NCBI GenBank assembly: GCA_046075685.1
Contig: JBJTQP010000224.1
Coordinates: 310-64,309, forward strand
Source: Planctomycetaceae bacterium
GTDB taxonomy: Bacteria; Planctomycetota; Planctomycetia; Pirellulales; UBA1268
Direction: 5' to 3'
DNA: 64,000 nt
The notes under the pieces were generated by a model, which did not search any database, was not told the origin of the DNA, and saw only the letters and a list, made by a program, of their open reading frames with translations. The translations under genes were made by a program, and so were the position numbers. Shown here piece after piece: positions 26,839 to 37,224 of the stretch. Within the stretch, counting starts at the first letter, position 1. Each line of letters begins with the position of its first letter.

Positions 26839-27825
26839 TTACCGCCGGGTTTCGGCCTGCCGGGACGCCTGGCGATTGGCCAGAAACCGCCGCAGGCCGA
26901 TCACGATCCGGGTGGCGGTCTGCGATCCCGACTCCATGTGGGCCGGAGTCTCGCCGTCCTCCGTCACGATCACCTCGACCGCTTCCGGAGCGAGGGCCAC
27001 GCCTCCCAGGAGGTCCGCCGGGACGCCGGTGACCTGATCGGTTGCCTCGTCGCGGGGCGGAACCCGGGCCACGACGAAGTTCTCCCTGGTCAGGGACTCG
27101 AACTCCGGGTCCTCGATCAGCGTGGCCACCCTGGTGGTGGCGGCCTGATCACCGGGACGCGAGACCAGCAGCAGCATCGGCTTGCGGGAATCCCGGGCGG
27201 TTTCCATGGCCTTGTCCAGCGACGACAGGATGCGATCCCCCTCGTCGGCCGCCGGCCGCTCGGCCAGTTCGGGGGCGGGCACGTGCTTGTCGAGGGCCGC
27301 CAGCCAGGCCTCGGGGGACTGCCCGTGATAGCCCGACTGCCCCATGATCTTGGCACCGTCCGGGGCGATCAGGACCGTGTTCGGGAACGTCCGCACCCCG
27401 TATTTGATGCACACCCTCGACCGAACGGTCCGCTCCTCCTGGGAAATGCCCTGCTGGGGCAGGTCGATCATCAGGAGCACGACCCGATCCTCGGCCCAGT
27501 CGAGGAACTGCCGCGATTCGAGCACCTTTTTCTCGAGGGTGACGCAGTGGGGGCACCAGTCGCTCCCCGTGAAGATCGTGAGCACGGGCCGGCCGGTCCG
27601 CTCGGCGGCCGCCAGAGCCTCGTCGTAGTCCCGGATCCAGTGACCCTGGGTCCCGCCGGCCCCTGACTCGCCGCCCAAGGCCGATCCCGCCGTCGACGCC
27701 GCGACCACCGCCACCAGGACCGCAGCAAGCCAACGGCCCGGGGCGAGAGTCGGCCCTGGGAATCGAAGCCGTGACGACCCAAGACCCGAAAACTGCAGTC
27801 TTTCCGAGAATCCGCTCAGACTCAT
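26839..27825 (-). CDS. Secreted protein with two thioredoxin-fold (thioredoxin_7/DUF255-like) modules
   Basis: Module 1 has RPVLTIFTGSDWCPHCVTLEKKV (a CxxC). Module 2 (KPMLLLVSRPGDQAATTRVATL) is collinear but lacks the cysteines. There is an N-terminal signal-like hydrophobic segment. Confidence 0.7.
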   Translation of the reverse strand: MSLSGFSERLQFSGLGSSRLRFPGPTLAPGRWLAAVLVAVVAASTAGSALGGESGAGGTQGHWIRDYDEALAAAERTGRPVLTIFTGSDWCPHCVTLEKKVLESRQFLDWAEDRVVLLMIDLPQQGISQEERTVRSRVCIKYGVRTFPNTVLIAPDGAKIMGQSGYHGQSPEAWLAALDKHVPAPELAERPAADEGDRILSSLDKAMETARDSRKPMLLLVSRPGDQAATTRVATLIEDPEFESLTRENFVVARVPPRDEATDQVTGVPADLLGGVALAPEAVEVIVTEDGETPAHMESGSQTATRIVIGLRRFLANRQASRQAETRR

Positions 27826-28250
27826 CGTTCCTTGCCTCCCTGCCGTGCCGTACCCATTTCATCGGGTGGACTTCCGGTGTCCCGCGAGGCTTCGCGGGCT
27901 GAAACACACCAGAAAGGTAGGGTGCAGCCACTCACCCTGTAAAACTGTGAGTCTTGTGCAGATTCCGCACCTTGCCAGGATTCACTGCCTGCTTCGCAGC
28001 CGTTGGACTTACGTCGCGACACGGCACGCGAACGCGACCCAAAAAAACGGCGAGGGAACCGACAACGCCACCCGCACTCGGGCTCGTCCCCGGAAAACAT
28101 GCGGGGCCCGCCGTCGCCGGCAGGCCCCGCTGGTCGCTCGCTGATGCTGTGGCGGACCTTCCGTCCGCCGGTCCAGCCAGAGAACCCGTGGGCTCCCTCG
28201 CCGGGCTTCGGGCGGCAGGGGCCACGGATGGGCCCCCCGCCGCCGTGAAC

Positions 28251-29732
28251 TCAAAACTGCCAGATCGCGTCGCAGCCGCCGTACAGCTGCCCGTACTGGT
28301 CGCCCGAGCCGCCCGTGATCTTCCCGAAGGGCAGCGGCCCCTTCATGTTGTCGGGCGAGTAGAAGTCGTACCGCAGTTCCGGCCGCACGATCACGTTGCG
28401 GTTCGGCTTCCAGTTCAGGCCCCAGGTGACCTGCCAGAAGTTGCCGGCGTAGCCGCTGCCGTACGGCCCGCCGTAGATCAGGTTGCGGATCGGGTTGACC
28501 ACGCGATAGCCGTTGTTGTCGCGGAACCACTCCAGCCGCATGCCGCCGATCAGCGTGTCGCTGAAGGTGTAGAACATGTACTGGTTGATGCCGTACCACT
28601 GCGCCAGGCCGTTGGCCTGCCCGATGTTCTGGGACACCGGATTGGCGTTGAACTGCCAGCCCAGGTCATTCTGGAACACGTAGGTGACCTTGTCGGTCAG
28701 CTCGTTGATGTACACGGTGCTCACGACCGAGCGGTTGCCGATGTTGCCCAGCCCCGTCGGCGAGAACGAGCCGATCTCGTTGCCGCTGGAGACCGCCGTC
28801 GTCAGGGCCTGCTTGGCATCCGAACTCTTGAACGTCACGCCGCCGAGGAAGGCCGCGTTGCTGTTCGCGCCGGGGTAGCCGGGGTTGGCGATCCCCAGGA
28901 TGTTGATGGGATCACTGAAGTTGTCCCAGCCGTTCGTGATGCCGCCGTAGACGATCAACTGGTCGTTGGGCGTCCACGTGTCGAGGATGCCCGTGTGGGT
29001 AAACGGCTCGCCGTACTGCATCGTGTAGGCGTGCGTGTAGAAGAAGTTGCCGATCGCCGGCACCACCTCGTACCCGATGATGGTGTAGAAGTGACCGAAC
29101 TTTACGGCATGGTTGGCGGCTCCAACCTCGCCGTAGAGCTGCGGCATGGCGAGGCCGTAGTCCTTGCTCGAGGCCCACGACGGAGCTCCGGTCACGCCGG
29201 CGACGTTGGCCTGATTGAGCAGGTTGGCGTCGAGGCCCCGGGCCGTCGTGTAGATGTAGTCGGTGCCATACAGCAGGTCGACGCGACCGCCGAAGTTCCG
29301 CCCCCCGTCGACGTCGAGCAGCCGCTCGTTAACGAGATACAACTGGTTCATCTGGCCCTGCCAGTTGCGATCGTTGAACGTGATCGGGCCGTTGAAGGGC
29401 GAGCCCCAGTTGTTGGCCCCGATGCCCGCGTCGATCCAGCCGTAGGTGTTGATGCCCCGGCTCGTCAGCGGCTCGATCTCGAGGTAGCGGTTCGGCCCCT
29501 CCTCCGCGGACGCCTCCTGGGCAGCCTCCTGGGGAGGAAGCGCCCGCATCTGGTAGGCGTCTTCCTCGGGCACGGCCGGCAGCACGGGTGCGGCCGGCGT
29601 GTTTTGAGCCAGTTGGGCGTAGAGATTCGGGTCGATCCGGGACGGCAGGGTCGAGTCGGCGGCGGTCGCCGCTGACGCGGCCAGCAGGCCGGTCGCCACC
29701 CAGGCGGGCAGCACGAACTTCGTGAAACGCAT
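28251..29732 (-). CDS. Outer-membrane beta-barrel (porin-like) protein
   Basis: Track ORF trimmed to MRFTKFVLPAWVATGLLAASAATA (signal peptide). The sequence is rich in Gly/Asn/Tyr/Trp alternating beta-strand patterns and ends in ...AIWQF, an aromatic terminus typical of OMPs. Confidence 0.65.
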   Translation of the reverse strand: MRFTKFVLPAWVATGLLAASAATAADSTLPSRIDPNLYAQLAQNTPAAPVLPAVPEEDAYQMRALPPQEAAQEASAEEGPNRYLEIEPLTSRGINTYGWIDAGIGANNWGSPFNGPITFNDRNWQGQMNQLYLVNERLLDVDGGRNFGGRVDLLYGTDYIYTTARGLDANLLNQANVAGVTGAPSWASSKDYGLAMPQLYGEVGAANHAVKFGHFYTIIGYEVVPAIGNFFYTHAYTMQYGEPFTHTGILDTWTPNDQLIVYGGITNGWDNFSDPINILGIANPGYPGANSNAAFLGGVTFKSSDAKQALTTAVSSGNEIGSFSPTGLGNIGNRSVVSTVYINELTDKVTYVFQNDLGWQFNANPVSQNIGQANGLAQWYGINQYMFYTFSDTLIGGMRLEWFRDNNGYRVVNPIRNLIYGGPYGSGYAGNFWQVTWGLNWKPNRNVIVRPELRYDFYSPDNMKGPLPFGKITGGSGDQYGQLYGGCDAIWQF

Positions 29733-29977
29733 GGCGGAGAGTCTCCCAATCCTTCGGTGTGGTTCCCGATCCGCTCCAGCGGACCGGTGGACGTGGGCAC
29801 GGAGATCCAGCCGCCGGCCGCAGAATCCGCCGATCCGCCGCCGATCCACCCCATCCCCGCCTTAAGATTCGACAGGTGCGAAACTTAAAATGCTGTCGTC
29901 CGCCCCAAGCCCGCACATTCTCCGCGACCCGCACGCCGCCGCGGACGCCGCGGTCGACCGGGCATACAAGGCTGCGG

Positions 29978-31060
29978 TCAGCCCGCCGGGGCGAAGGAGC
30001 CCTCGAGCAGGGCCGCCAGGAAGGCCTCGGGGCGGAACGGCTCCAGATCGTCGGCCGACTCGCCCACGCCCACGAACTTGACGGGCAGCCCGAACTGCTC
30101 CGCCACCGGCACGATCACGCCGCCCCGGGCGGAGCCGTCGAGCTTCGCCAGCACGATCCCCGTGCAGCCCGCCGCCTCCTTGAAGCCCTTCGCCTGCGAG
30201 AGGGCGTTCTGGCCGGCGGTGGCGTCGATCACCAGCAGCGTCTCGTGCGGAGCGTCGGGAACCTGCTTGGCGATCACGCGGCGGATCTTGCCGAGCTCCT
30301 GCATCAGGTTGGCCTGCGTCTGCAGCCGGCCGGCGGTGTCGACGATGCAGATGTCGAAGCCTCCCTCGACCGCCCTCGCCACCGCCCGGTGCGCCACGCT
30401 CGCCGGATCACAGCCCGGTTCGCCCCGGACGATCTCCGCCCCGAGGCGACCGGCCCACATGGCGAGCTGCTCCACCGCCGCCGCCCGGAAGGTGTCGCCG
30501 GCGCCGAGGACGACCCGCCGGCCGTCGCGGATGAACATCCGGGTCAGTTTGGCGATCGACGTCGTCTTGCCCGACCCGTTGACGCCGGTCACGAGGATCA
30601 CGGTCGGGCCGCTCGCCGCGGTCGCGATGCCCGACTCCGCCGGGGCGAGCCTGGCGAGCAGCTGCGTCCGGATCGAGTCGAGCACGACCTCCGGCTCGAC
30701 GACGCGGGCCCGGAGCCGGGTGGAGACGTCGCCGACGATCGCCTCCGCCGCGGCGGGCCCCATGTCGGTCTTCACGAGCGCCGCCCGCAGCTCACCCAGA
30801 AACTCATCGTCGACGAGCCTGCCCTCGCGCTTGAAGATGTCGCGGACGTCGGTCGAGAGCACCCGGGCCGTCTTTGCCAGGCCGGCTCGGAGCCGGTCGA
30901 GCAGGCCGGGCCGAGGCGCCCGTGATGCGGCCTGCTGGTCGTCTGCCTGCCGGATATCGGCCTGCTGGCTCTCCGCCTGCCGGCTCTCCGCCTGAGCAGC
31001 CTGCGGCCCGGAGGCATCCGGCTGGGGCTCGTTCTTGCGTCCGAATCGAAACAGCGCCAT
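29978..31060 (-). CDS. ftsY: Signal recognition particle receptor FtsY
   Basis: It has GVNGSGKTTSIAKL, DTAGRLQ and LAKLDGSARGG, plus an acidic/Gln-rich N-terminal region. Confidence 0.9.
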   Translation of the reverse strand: MALFRFGRKNEPQPDASGPQAAQAESRQAESQQADIRQADDQQAASRAPRPGLLDRLRAGLAKTARVLSTDVRDIFKREGRLVDDEFLGELRAALVKTDMGPAAAEAIVGDVSTRLRARVVEPEVVLDSIRTQLLARLAPAESGIATAASGPTVILVTGVNGSGKTTSIAKLTRMFIRDGRRVVLGAGDTFRAAAVEQLAMWAGRLGAEIVRGEPGCDPASVAHRAVARAVEGGFDICIVDTAGRLQTQANLMQELGKIRRVIAKQVPDAPHETLLVIDATAGQNALSQAKGFKEAAGCTGIVLAKLDGSARGGVIVPVAEQFGLPVKFVGVGESADDLEPFRPEAFLAALLEGSFAPAG

Positions 31061-31082
31061 ACGTGCTCGCTCTCCGCGTGCG

Positions 31083-31505
31083 TCAGCCGGCGGCCGGCCG
31101 GGAGCGGCCGCCGCGATCGCCCAGGATCCCGCCGAGGATGCCCGCCACGAACGTCGGCGACTCCTGGCTCCCGTAGCGGCGGGCCAGATCGATCGCCTCG
31201 TCCACCACCACCGGGCCCGGCGTCTCGGTGTGCAGCAGTTCGAACGCCGCGAGCCGCAGCACCGCTCGGTCGGTGGCCGCCATCCGCGACAGCCGCCAGT
31301 TGACGCTGCGGGCGTCGAGCATGGCGTCGATCTCCGCCTGGTGACCGCGGACGCCGTCCACGAGGGCGTCGGCGAAGGCGACGAGCTCCGCCGACCGCAG
31401 CCGGCCGCGATGGAAGCGGGTCCGGTCGGCCGGGCTCACGGCATTCACCTCGCCCTGGTAGAGCGACTGGAGCGCCACCTCACGGGCCCGGCTGCGGCGG
31501 CTCAT
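31083..31505 (-). CDS. nusB: Transcription antitermination factor NusB
   Basis: The sequence RSRAREVALQSLYQ ... DRAVLRLAAFEL ... VVVDEAIDLARRYG is diagnostic. Its ATG overlaps the ribH stop by 4 nt. Confidence 0.85.
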   Translation of the reverse strand: MSRRSRAREVALQSLYQGEVNAVSPADRTRFHRGRLRSAELVAFADALVDGVRGHQAEIDAMLDARSVNWRLSRMAATDRAVLRLAAFELLHTETPGPVVVDEAIDLARRYGSQESPTFVAGILGGILGDRGGRSRPAAG

Positions 31506-32017
31506 GCCCCGGCTCCACGGCGGATCGCCTCGAGGACCGCGATCATCTCCACGGCGGCGGCGGCGCACTCGGCGCCCTTGTTGCCGGCGAAGTCGTCGGC
31601 CGCGTCGCCGCCGGCCCGGACCAGCGCCTGGGCGAGCGTGTCGCACGTCAGCACGCCGAAGATCACCGGCAGGCCGTGCCGGCGGGCGGCCGCCTCGATG
31701 CCGGCGGCGGCGGCGGTGGCGATGTGATGGTCGTGCGAGGTCTCGCCCTTGATCACCGCCCCGAGGCAGAGCACCGCCGCATAGCGGCCCGTGACGGCGA
31801 AGCGGTCGGCGGCGAGCGGCAGTTCGAACGAACCCGGCACCCAGGTCACGTCGACGGCGTCAGCCGTCAGGCCGGCCGCGGCGAAGCGATGCAGGGCGCC
31901 GGCGAGCAGCCGGCGGGTGATCGAGTCGTTCCAGCGGGCCACCGCCACGGCGACCCTGGTGCCGGGAGGCGGGGAGGCCGTGCCGTCGAACACCGCCGGC
32001 GGGCGGGAGCCACTCAT
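31502..32017 (-). CDS. ribH: 6,7-dimethyl-8-ribityllumazine synthase
   Basis: The sequence [13 protein letters not shown] ... WVPGSFELP ... [15 protein letters not shown] ... VIFGVLT is diagnostic. Confidence 0.9.
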   Translation of the reverse strand: MSGSRPPAVFDGTASPPPGTRVAVAVARWNDSITRRLLAGALHRFAAAGLTADAVDVTWVPGSFELPLAADRFAVTGRYAAVLCLGAVIKGETSHDHHIATAAAAGIEAAARRHGLPVIFGVLTCDTLAQALVRAGGDAADDFAGNKGAECAAAAVEMIAVLEAIRRGAGA

Positions 32018-32036
32018 GCCGCAACGCTCCCGCGGG

Positions 32037-33428
32037 TCACGACTTGAGGGCCATGAGGAACTCGCTGTTCGACTTCGTCTTCGAGAGCCGGTTGATCAGC
32101 AGTTCCATGGCATCGGTGGGATTCATCTCGCCGAGCACCCGCCGCAGCACGCAGATGCGGCGGTACTCGTCGGGTTCGAGCAGCATCTCCTCGCGACGCG
32201 TGCCCGAGCGGTTGATGTCGATGGCGGGATAGATCCGCTTGTCGACCAGCCGGCGGTCGAGCACGATCTCGAGGTTGCCCGTGCCCTTGAACTCCTCGAA
32301 GATCACGTCGTCCATGCGGCTGCCCGTGTCGACGAGCGCCGTGGCGATGATCGTCAGTGAGCCGCCCTGCTCCACCTTGCGGGCGCTGCCGAAGAACCGC
32401 TTGGGCCGCTGCAGCGCCCCGGAATCGACGCCGCCGGAGAGGATCTTTCCCGAGTTGGGCACCTCGGAGTTCCAGGCCCGGGCCAGCCGCGTGATCGAGT
32501 CGAGGAAGATCACCACGTCGCGGCCGTATTCCACGAGCCGCTTCGCCTTCTCGATCACCATGTCGGCCACCTGGATGTGCCGGCTGGAGTTCTCGTCGAA
32601 GGTCGAGCTGATGACCTCGCACGACGGGCCCTTGACCTGCCGCTCCATGTCGGTGACCTCCTCCGGCCGCTCGTCGATCAGGAGCATGAAGACGTAGGCC
32701 TCGGGATAGTTCGCCAGCACGGCCTTGGCCATCTTCTGCAGGAGGATCGTCTTGCCGGCACGCGGCGGGCTGACGATCAGGCCCCGCTGGCCGAAGCCGA
32801 TCGGCACGATCAGGTCGACGACCCGCGTGGAGATCTCCTCGGCGGTGGTCTCGAGCACGATCCGCTCGTCGGGATGCAGGGGCGTGAGCTCGTCGAAGAA
32901 CACGCGGGTGGTGAGCTTGGCGGGGTCCTCACCGTTGATCGCCTCCACCCTGAGGAGCGCGAAATACCGCTCGCTCTCCTTGGGCGGACGGATCTGGCCC
33001 GCCACGCTCATGCCGTTGCGAAGGCCGAAGCGGCGGATCTGGCTCGGCGAGACATAGATGTCGTCGGGGCAGGAGAGGTAATGGGCGTCCGGGCTGCGGA
33101 GGAAGCCGAACCCGTCGGGCAGGATCTCGAGCGTGCCCTCGCCGAACATCAGGCCGTTGAGCTTGATCCGCTCCTTGAGGATCCGAAACACGAGATCCTG
33201 CCGCTTTGCCCCGGAGACGTCGCCGATGTTCTCGGTGCGGGCCAGCTCCACCAGCTCCTGCATCGAGAGCTTCTGGAGCTCCGCGATGACGGAATCGCCC
33301 TTCTTGAGGGCCTCGTAGTGGCTGGTGACGTCGAGGCCGTCCTTCACCTCGGCGGCGATCTCCTCCGCGAGCGAGAGGGGTTCGCGGCCGGAATCGTCGA
33401 GCGGCGAGTCAGCGGGCGTGTGGGACAT
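32037..33428 (-). CDS. rho: Transcription termination factor Rho
   Basis: Track ORF trimmed to Met 146 (MSHTPADS). It has the [12 protein letters not shown] ... cold-shock-like RNA-binding domain, the Walker A motif PPRAGKT, and RSGTRREE. Confidence 0.9.
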   Translation of the reverse strand: MSHTPADSPLDDSGREPLSLAEEIAAEVKDGLDVTSHYEALKKGDSVIAELQKLSMQELVELARTENIGDVSGAKRQDLVFRILKERIKLNGLMFGEGTLEILPDGFGFLRSPDAHYLSCPDDIYVSPSQIRRFGLRNGMSVAGQIRPPKESERYFALLRVEAINGEDPAKLTTRVFFDELTPLHPDERIVLETTAEEISTRVVDLIVPIGFGQRGLIVSPPRAGKTILLQKMAKAVLANYPEAYVFMLLIDERPEEVTDMERQVKGPSCEVISSTFDENSSRHIQVADMVIEKAKRLVEYGRDVVIFLDSITRLARAWNSEVPNSGKILSGGVDSGALQRPKRFFGSARKVEQGGSLTIIATALVDTGSRMDDVIFEEFKGTGNLEIVLDRRLVDKRIYPAIDINRSGTRREEMLLEPDEYRRICVLRRVLGEMNPTDAMELLINRLSKTKSNSEFLMALKS

Positions 33429-33633
33429 GGTGCACCGGAAGCCGCGGCGGCGGGACGCCGACGAACGGCTGGTCGTGATCGCGGAGGGGGATGAGGCGGA
33501 GGCGACGCGAGGGACGGAGGAGCGGTGGGTGACACACGACCGGTGCGCGCGGGAACTCGACAGGCTGGCGGTGCTGCCGGAACAAACGGTGGGGGAACCC
33601 CGAACACTGCTGGAGGCGGGAGCCGCCGGGCCG

Positions 33634-34272
33634 TCAGCCGCCGGAGCCTTGATGCCCCCGGACCGCCTGCCACACCCGATCGACCTGAGCCGCAGTATAG
33701 GCAGGATTCCCCGACGCATCCACGGGCCACGTGCCGGGGCCGGGCGGCGGCCGGCGAAACCGCCGCTCCCAGGCGCGATCGCGCGACGCGATCTGCTCCT
33801 CCGACCATCCCCTGGCGAGCAGCCGCGCCCGCCGCACCGGCTCCGGGCACTCGACGACGACACACAGCGTGCACATCGCGTCCCATCCGGCCTGCATCAA
33901 CAGCGGCACGTCGAGGACGACCACCGGCTCGAGATCCGCCGCGCGTTTCCGGTCACCGAGTTCCTCGATCCGCTCCACCAGCCGCTGCCGCACGCGAGGA
34001 TGGACGATCGCCTCGAGGTCGGCGAGGGCCGCGGCGTGCGCGGCACCGAGGCCGAACACCTCGCGGGCCAGATGGGCCCGATCGACCCGCCCGGACGAGT
34101 CGAGTGCCGACGGCCCGAATCTGGCGGCCACCTCCGCCGCCACGGCGGGATCACCGAGCGCGTCATGGGCGAGCCGGTCGGCGTCGATGACGGTCGCCCC
34201 ATGGCCGGCGAAGAGCCGCGCCACGGTCGACTTGCCGGCCCCCGCCCTGCCCACGAGCCCGATGATGATCAT
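33634..34272 (-). CDS. coaE: Dephospho-CoA kinase
   Basis: It has [16 protein letters not shown] (P-loop) ... IVHPRV ... VLDVPLL. It starts 1 nt after the polA stop. Confidence 0.85.
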   Translation of the reverse strand: MIIIGLVGRAGAGKSTVARLFAGHGATVIDADRLAHDALGDPAVAAEVAARFGPSALDSSGRVDRAHLAREVFGLGAAHAAALADLEAIVHPRVRQRLVERIEELGDRKRAADLEPVVVLDVPLLMQAGWDAMCTLCVVVECPEPVRRARLLARGWSEEQIASRDRAWERRFRRPPPGPGTWPVDASGNPAYTAAQVDRVWQAVRGHQGSGG

Positions 34273-34273
34273 C

Positions 34274-37108
34274 TCACTCGCACTCCGCCCACGTGCCGCC
34301 CGACTGCACCGACACCTCGACGGGCACCCGGAGCGGCAGGGCGGCCTGCATCTCCTCGGTGAGCAGCCGCTCCGCAGCCGGCACCTCGTCGGCCGGCGCT
34401 TCCAGCAGCAGCTCGTCATGGATCTGGAGGATCAGCGCCGCCCGCAGCCGCTCGTCTCGCAGCCGGGCGTCGACCCGCAGCATGGCGAGCTTGATCAGAT
34501 CCGCCGCCGACCCCTGCACCACCGTGTTGACCGCCTCCCGCTCCGGGAGCGTGAGCGTCATGACCCCGGTGGCGGTGCGGCGCCGCGATCGCTCGCGGAC
34601 GCCCGCGATGGCCCGCCGTCGCCCCAGCATCGTCGTCACGTGGCCATCGCGCCGGCAGCCGTCGAGGACGTCGTCCATGAACGCGGCCGCACCCGCGAAG
34701 GCCGTGAGGTAGCCGTCGATGAACTCCGCCGCCTCGCCCTGGGAGATGCCGAGCGCCTTGGCCAGCCCGAAGGCCGACTGGCCGTAGAGGATGCCGAAGT
34801 TGACCGCCTTGGCGATCCGCCGCAGCGCCGGCGTGACCTCGCTGGCCGGCACGCCGGCGACCGCGGCGGCCGTGCGGGCGTGGATGTCCTCTCCCGCGAC
34901 GAAGGCCGCCGTCATCGCCGCGTCGCCCGAGAGGTGGGCCAGGATCCGCAGCTCGATCTGCGAGTAGTCGGCCGCCACGAACCGCCATCCCGTCTCGCCG
35001 GGAAGAAAGGCGGCCCGGATCTCCTGGCCCTCGACGGTGCGCGTGGGAATGTTCTGCAGGTTCGGTTCGCTGGAACTCAGCCGCCCGGTGGCGGTAACGG
35101 TCTGGTTGAACGTGGTGTGAACCCGGCCGGTGGCGGGATCGACCAGGGCCGGCAGGGCGTCGACGTAGGTGCTCTTGAGCTTGGCGTACTTGCGGTGCTC
35201 GAGCAGCCGCGCGGGCAGCGGGTGCAGCGGCGCAAGCTGCTCGAGCACCTCCGCGTCGGTGCTCGGACCGGTTTTCGTCCGCTTCACGACCGGCAGGCCC
35301 AGCTCGTCGAAGAGCACGGCCCGGAGCTGGAGCGGCGATGAGATCAGGAACTCGCGGCCTGCCAGGCCGTGGATCTCTTGCTCGAGCGTCGCGAGCCGCG
35401 CCGCATAGTCGGCCGAGAGCGCGGCCAGCCGCGGCACGTCGATGCGGACTCCCCGGCACTCCATGTCGGCGAGCACCGCCGCCAGCGGGAGCTCCACCGA
35501 CGCGTACAGATCGGTGAGTCCGGCGGCGGCGAGCAACGACGGCAGTCGCTCGGCGAGCGCGTGCACCAGCCTGCAGTGCGTGGCCGCCACGGCGGCGGAT
35601 GCCGGCCGGTCCACGCCCGCCGCGGCGGCGGCGTCCACGCCCGGCACCCCGTGCCGCACGGCGGTTTCCGTGAGTCCGAGGTTGCGCTCGCCGGCCTCGA
35701 GCAGGTAGGCCGCGAGCAGCGTGTCGCAGGCAGCCCCGGCGACGCGGATGCCGAGCGAGCGCAGGGCGACGGCCTGCTGCTTGAGGTCGTGGCCGCGCTT
35801 CGGCACCCCCGGGTCCATCAGCAGCCGCTGCAGCGGCTGGTTCGCGGCCACGGTGTCGGCGGCGAACCACGTCGCGTGCGCCCCGGAGGCCAGCAGCACG
35901 CCGAGCGGCCGGCCACGGCCCGCGGCCGGCGGCCGCACCACGCAGACCGTCACCGCCCCCGACGCCGCCAGCCGGCCGACCGCGGTGGCGATCGCCTGCT
36001 CGTCGAGCGGCTCCTCCACGACGAGCGGGGGCGGATTCTCCGTCTCGCCCGCGGGCTCGGCGGCGTCCGCATCGGAGCCGTGCATGTCGAACAGCGTCCG
36101 CGGCCGCTTCGCCACATGCGTCACGGTCGCCACCTTCGCCGCGCGGACGGCGGACGCCTCCGCTTCCGGGGCAGCCTTCACGACCCGGCCCAGCAGGCTG
36201 CGAAAGCCGAACTCCCTGAGCAGCCCGGCCAGCACCTCGGGGTCGGGCGGATGCAACGCGGCGGCGTGCCACGGCACCGCGAGGGGAACGTTCGTCTCCA
36301 GCCGGATCAGTTCGCGGCCGGCCCGGGCGGTCTCGCCGTGGAGCCGCAGGTTTTCCTTGCGCTTCGCCCCGGACACGCCGTCGATGCCGGCAAGCACGGC
36401 GTCGAGGGTGCCATGCGCACGGATCAGCTCCGACGCGATCTTGGGACCGATCCCGGGCACACCCGGGACGTTGTCGACCGCGTCGCCGACGAGAGCCAGG
36501 AAATCGACCACCTGGTCGGGCCTGATGCCCCACTCCTCCATCAGTTCCGCCGTGCCGAGCGGCTGGTTGGTGCGGAGGTTGAGAAGCATCACGTGGGGCC
36601 CGAGCAGCTGCCGCGCGTCCTTGTCGGAGGTGGCGATCGTGCAGTCGTCGCCGGCGGCGACGATCCGCGTCGCCAGCGTGGCGAGCACGTCGTCGGCCTC
36701 GTAGCCGGGCACCTCCAGGCAGGGGATGCCGAAAACCTCGAGCAGCCGCCGCACCAGCGGGATCTGCGGCACGAGGTCGGCCGGCATCTCGGCGCGATTG
36801 GCCTTGTACTGGTCGAACTTCTCGTGACGAAAGGTCGGCCCCGGCGGATCCATCGCGCAGACGAGATAGTCGGGCCGCTTCTTCTCGATGATGTCGAGGA
36901 GGTCCCGCGTGAGCCCGAAGATCACCGACACCGGCGTGCCGTCAGGCGCCGTCATTTCCGGCAGCGCATGAAACAGCTGGTAGACCCGCGACAGCGTGTC
37001 GATCGCCAGCACGGTCTTGCCGTGCAGATCGGGCGTGGCGTCGGCGGGGGCGTGGGGGCCTATCACGTCGCAAGCATAGCGAAGCAGGACGCAGGCCGAT
37101 GCGGGCAT
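34274..37108 (-). CDS. polA: DNA polymerase I
   Basis: It has a 5'-nuclease domain (GLTRDLL ... YKANR ... EADDVLATL) and polymerase motifs (DYSQIELRILAHLSGD, RRIAKAVNFGILYG, LQIHDELLLE). The start was chosen at ATG 37108, and the N-terminus is uncertain. Confidence 0.9.
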   Translation of the reverse strand: MPASACVLLRYACDVIGPHAPADATPDLHGKTVLAIDTLSRVYQLFHALPEMTAPDGTPVSVIFGLTRDLLDIIEKKRPDYLVCAMDPPGPTFRHEKFDQYKANRAEMPADLVPQIPLVRRLLEVFGIPCLEVPGYEADDVLATLATRIVAAGDDCTIATSDKDARQLLGPHVMLLNLRTNQPLGTAELMEEWGIRPDQVVDFLALVGDAVDNVPGVPGIGPKIASELIRAHGTLDAVLAGIDGVSGAKRKENLRLHGETARAGRELIRLETNVPLAVPWHAAALHPPDPEVLAGLLREFGFRSLLGRVVKAAPEAEASAVRAAKVATVTHVAKRPRTLFDMHGSDADAAEPAGETENPPPLVVEEPLDEQAIATAVGRLAASGAVTVCVVRPPAAGRGRPLGVLLASGAHATWFAADTVAANQPLQRLLMDPGVPKRGHDLKQQAVALRSLGIRVAGAACDTLLAAYLLEAGERNLGLTETAVRHGVPGVDAAAAAGVDRPASAAVAATHCRLVHALAERLPSLLAAAGLTDLYASVELPLAAVLADMECRGVRIDVPRLAALSADYAARLATLEQEIHGLAGREFLISSPLQLRAVLFDELGLPVVKRTKTGPSTDAEVLEQLAPLHPLPARLLEHRKYAKLKSTYVDALPALVDPATGRVHTTFNQTVTATGRLSSSEPNLQNIPTRTVEGQEIRAAFLPGETGWRFVAADYSQIELRILAHLSGDAAMTAAFVAGEDIHARTAAAVAGVPASEVTPALRRIAKAVNFGILYGQSAFGLAKALGISQGEAAEFIDGYLTAFAGAAAFMDDVLDGCRRDGHVTTMLGRRRAIAGVRERSRRRTATGVMTLTLPEREAVNTVVQGSAADLIKLAMLRVDARLRDERLRAALILQIHDELLLEAPADEVPAAERLLTEEMQAALPLRVPVEVSVQSGGTWAECE

Positions 37109-37224
37109 CCGCGAATCGCACTGCCGCCCACGGCACAGACGGCCCCGAGCCTCACAGACGCGCAGGAATGGCGCGTGAACCGGATCGGTGGCATGGCACG
37201 CGGCCGTGCCACGGGCCGCCGCCG

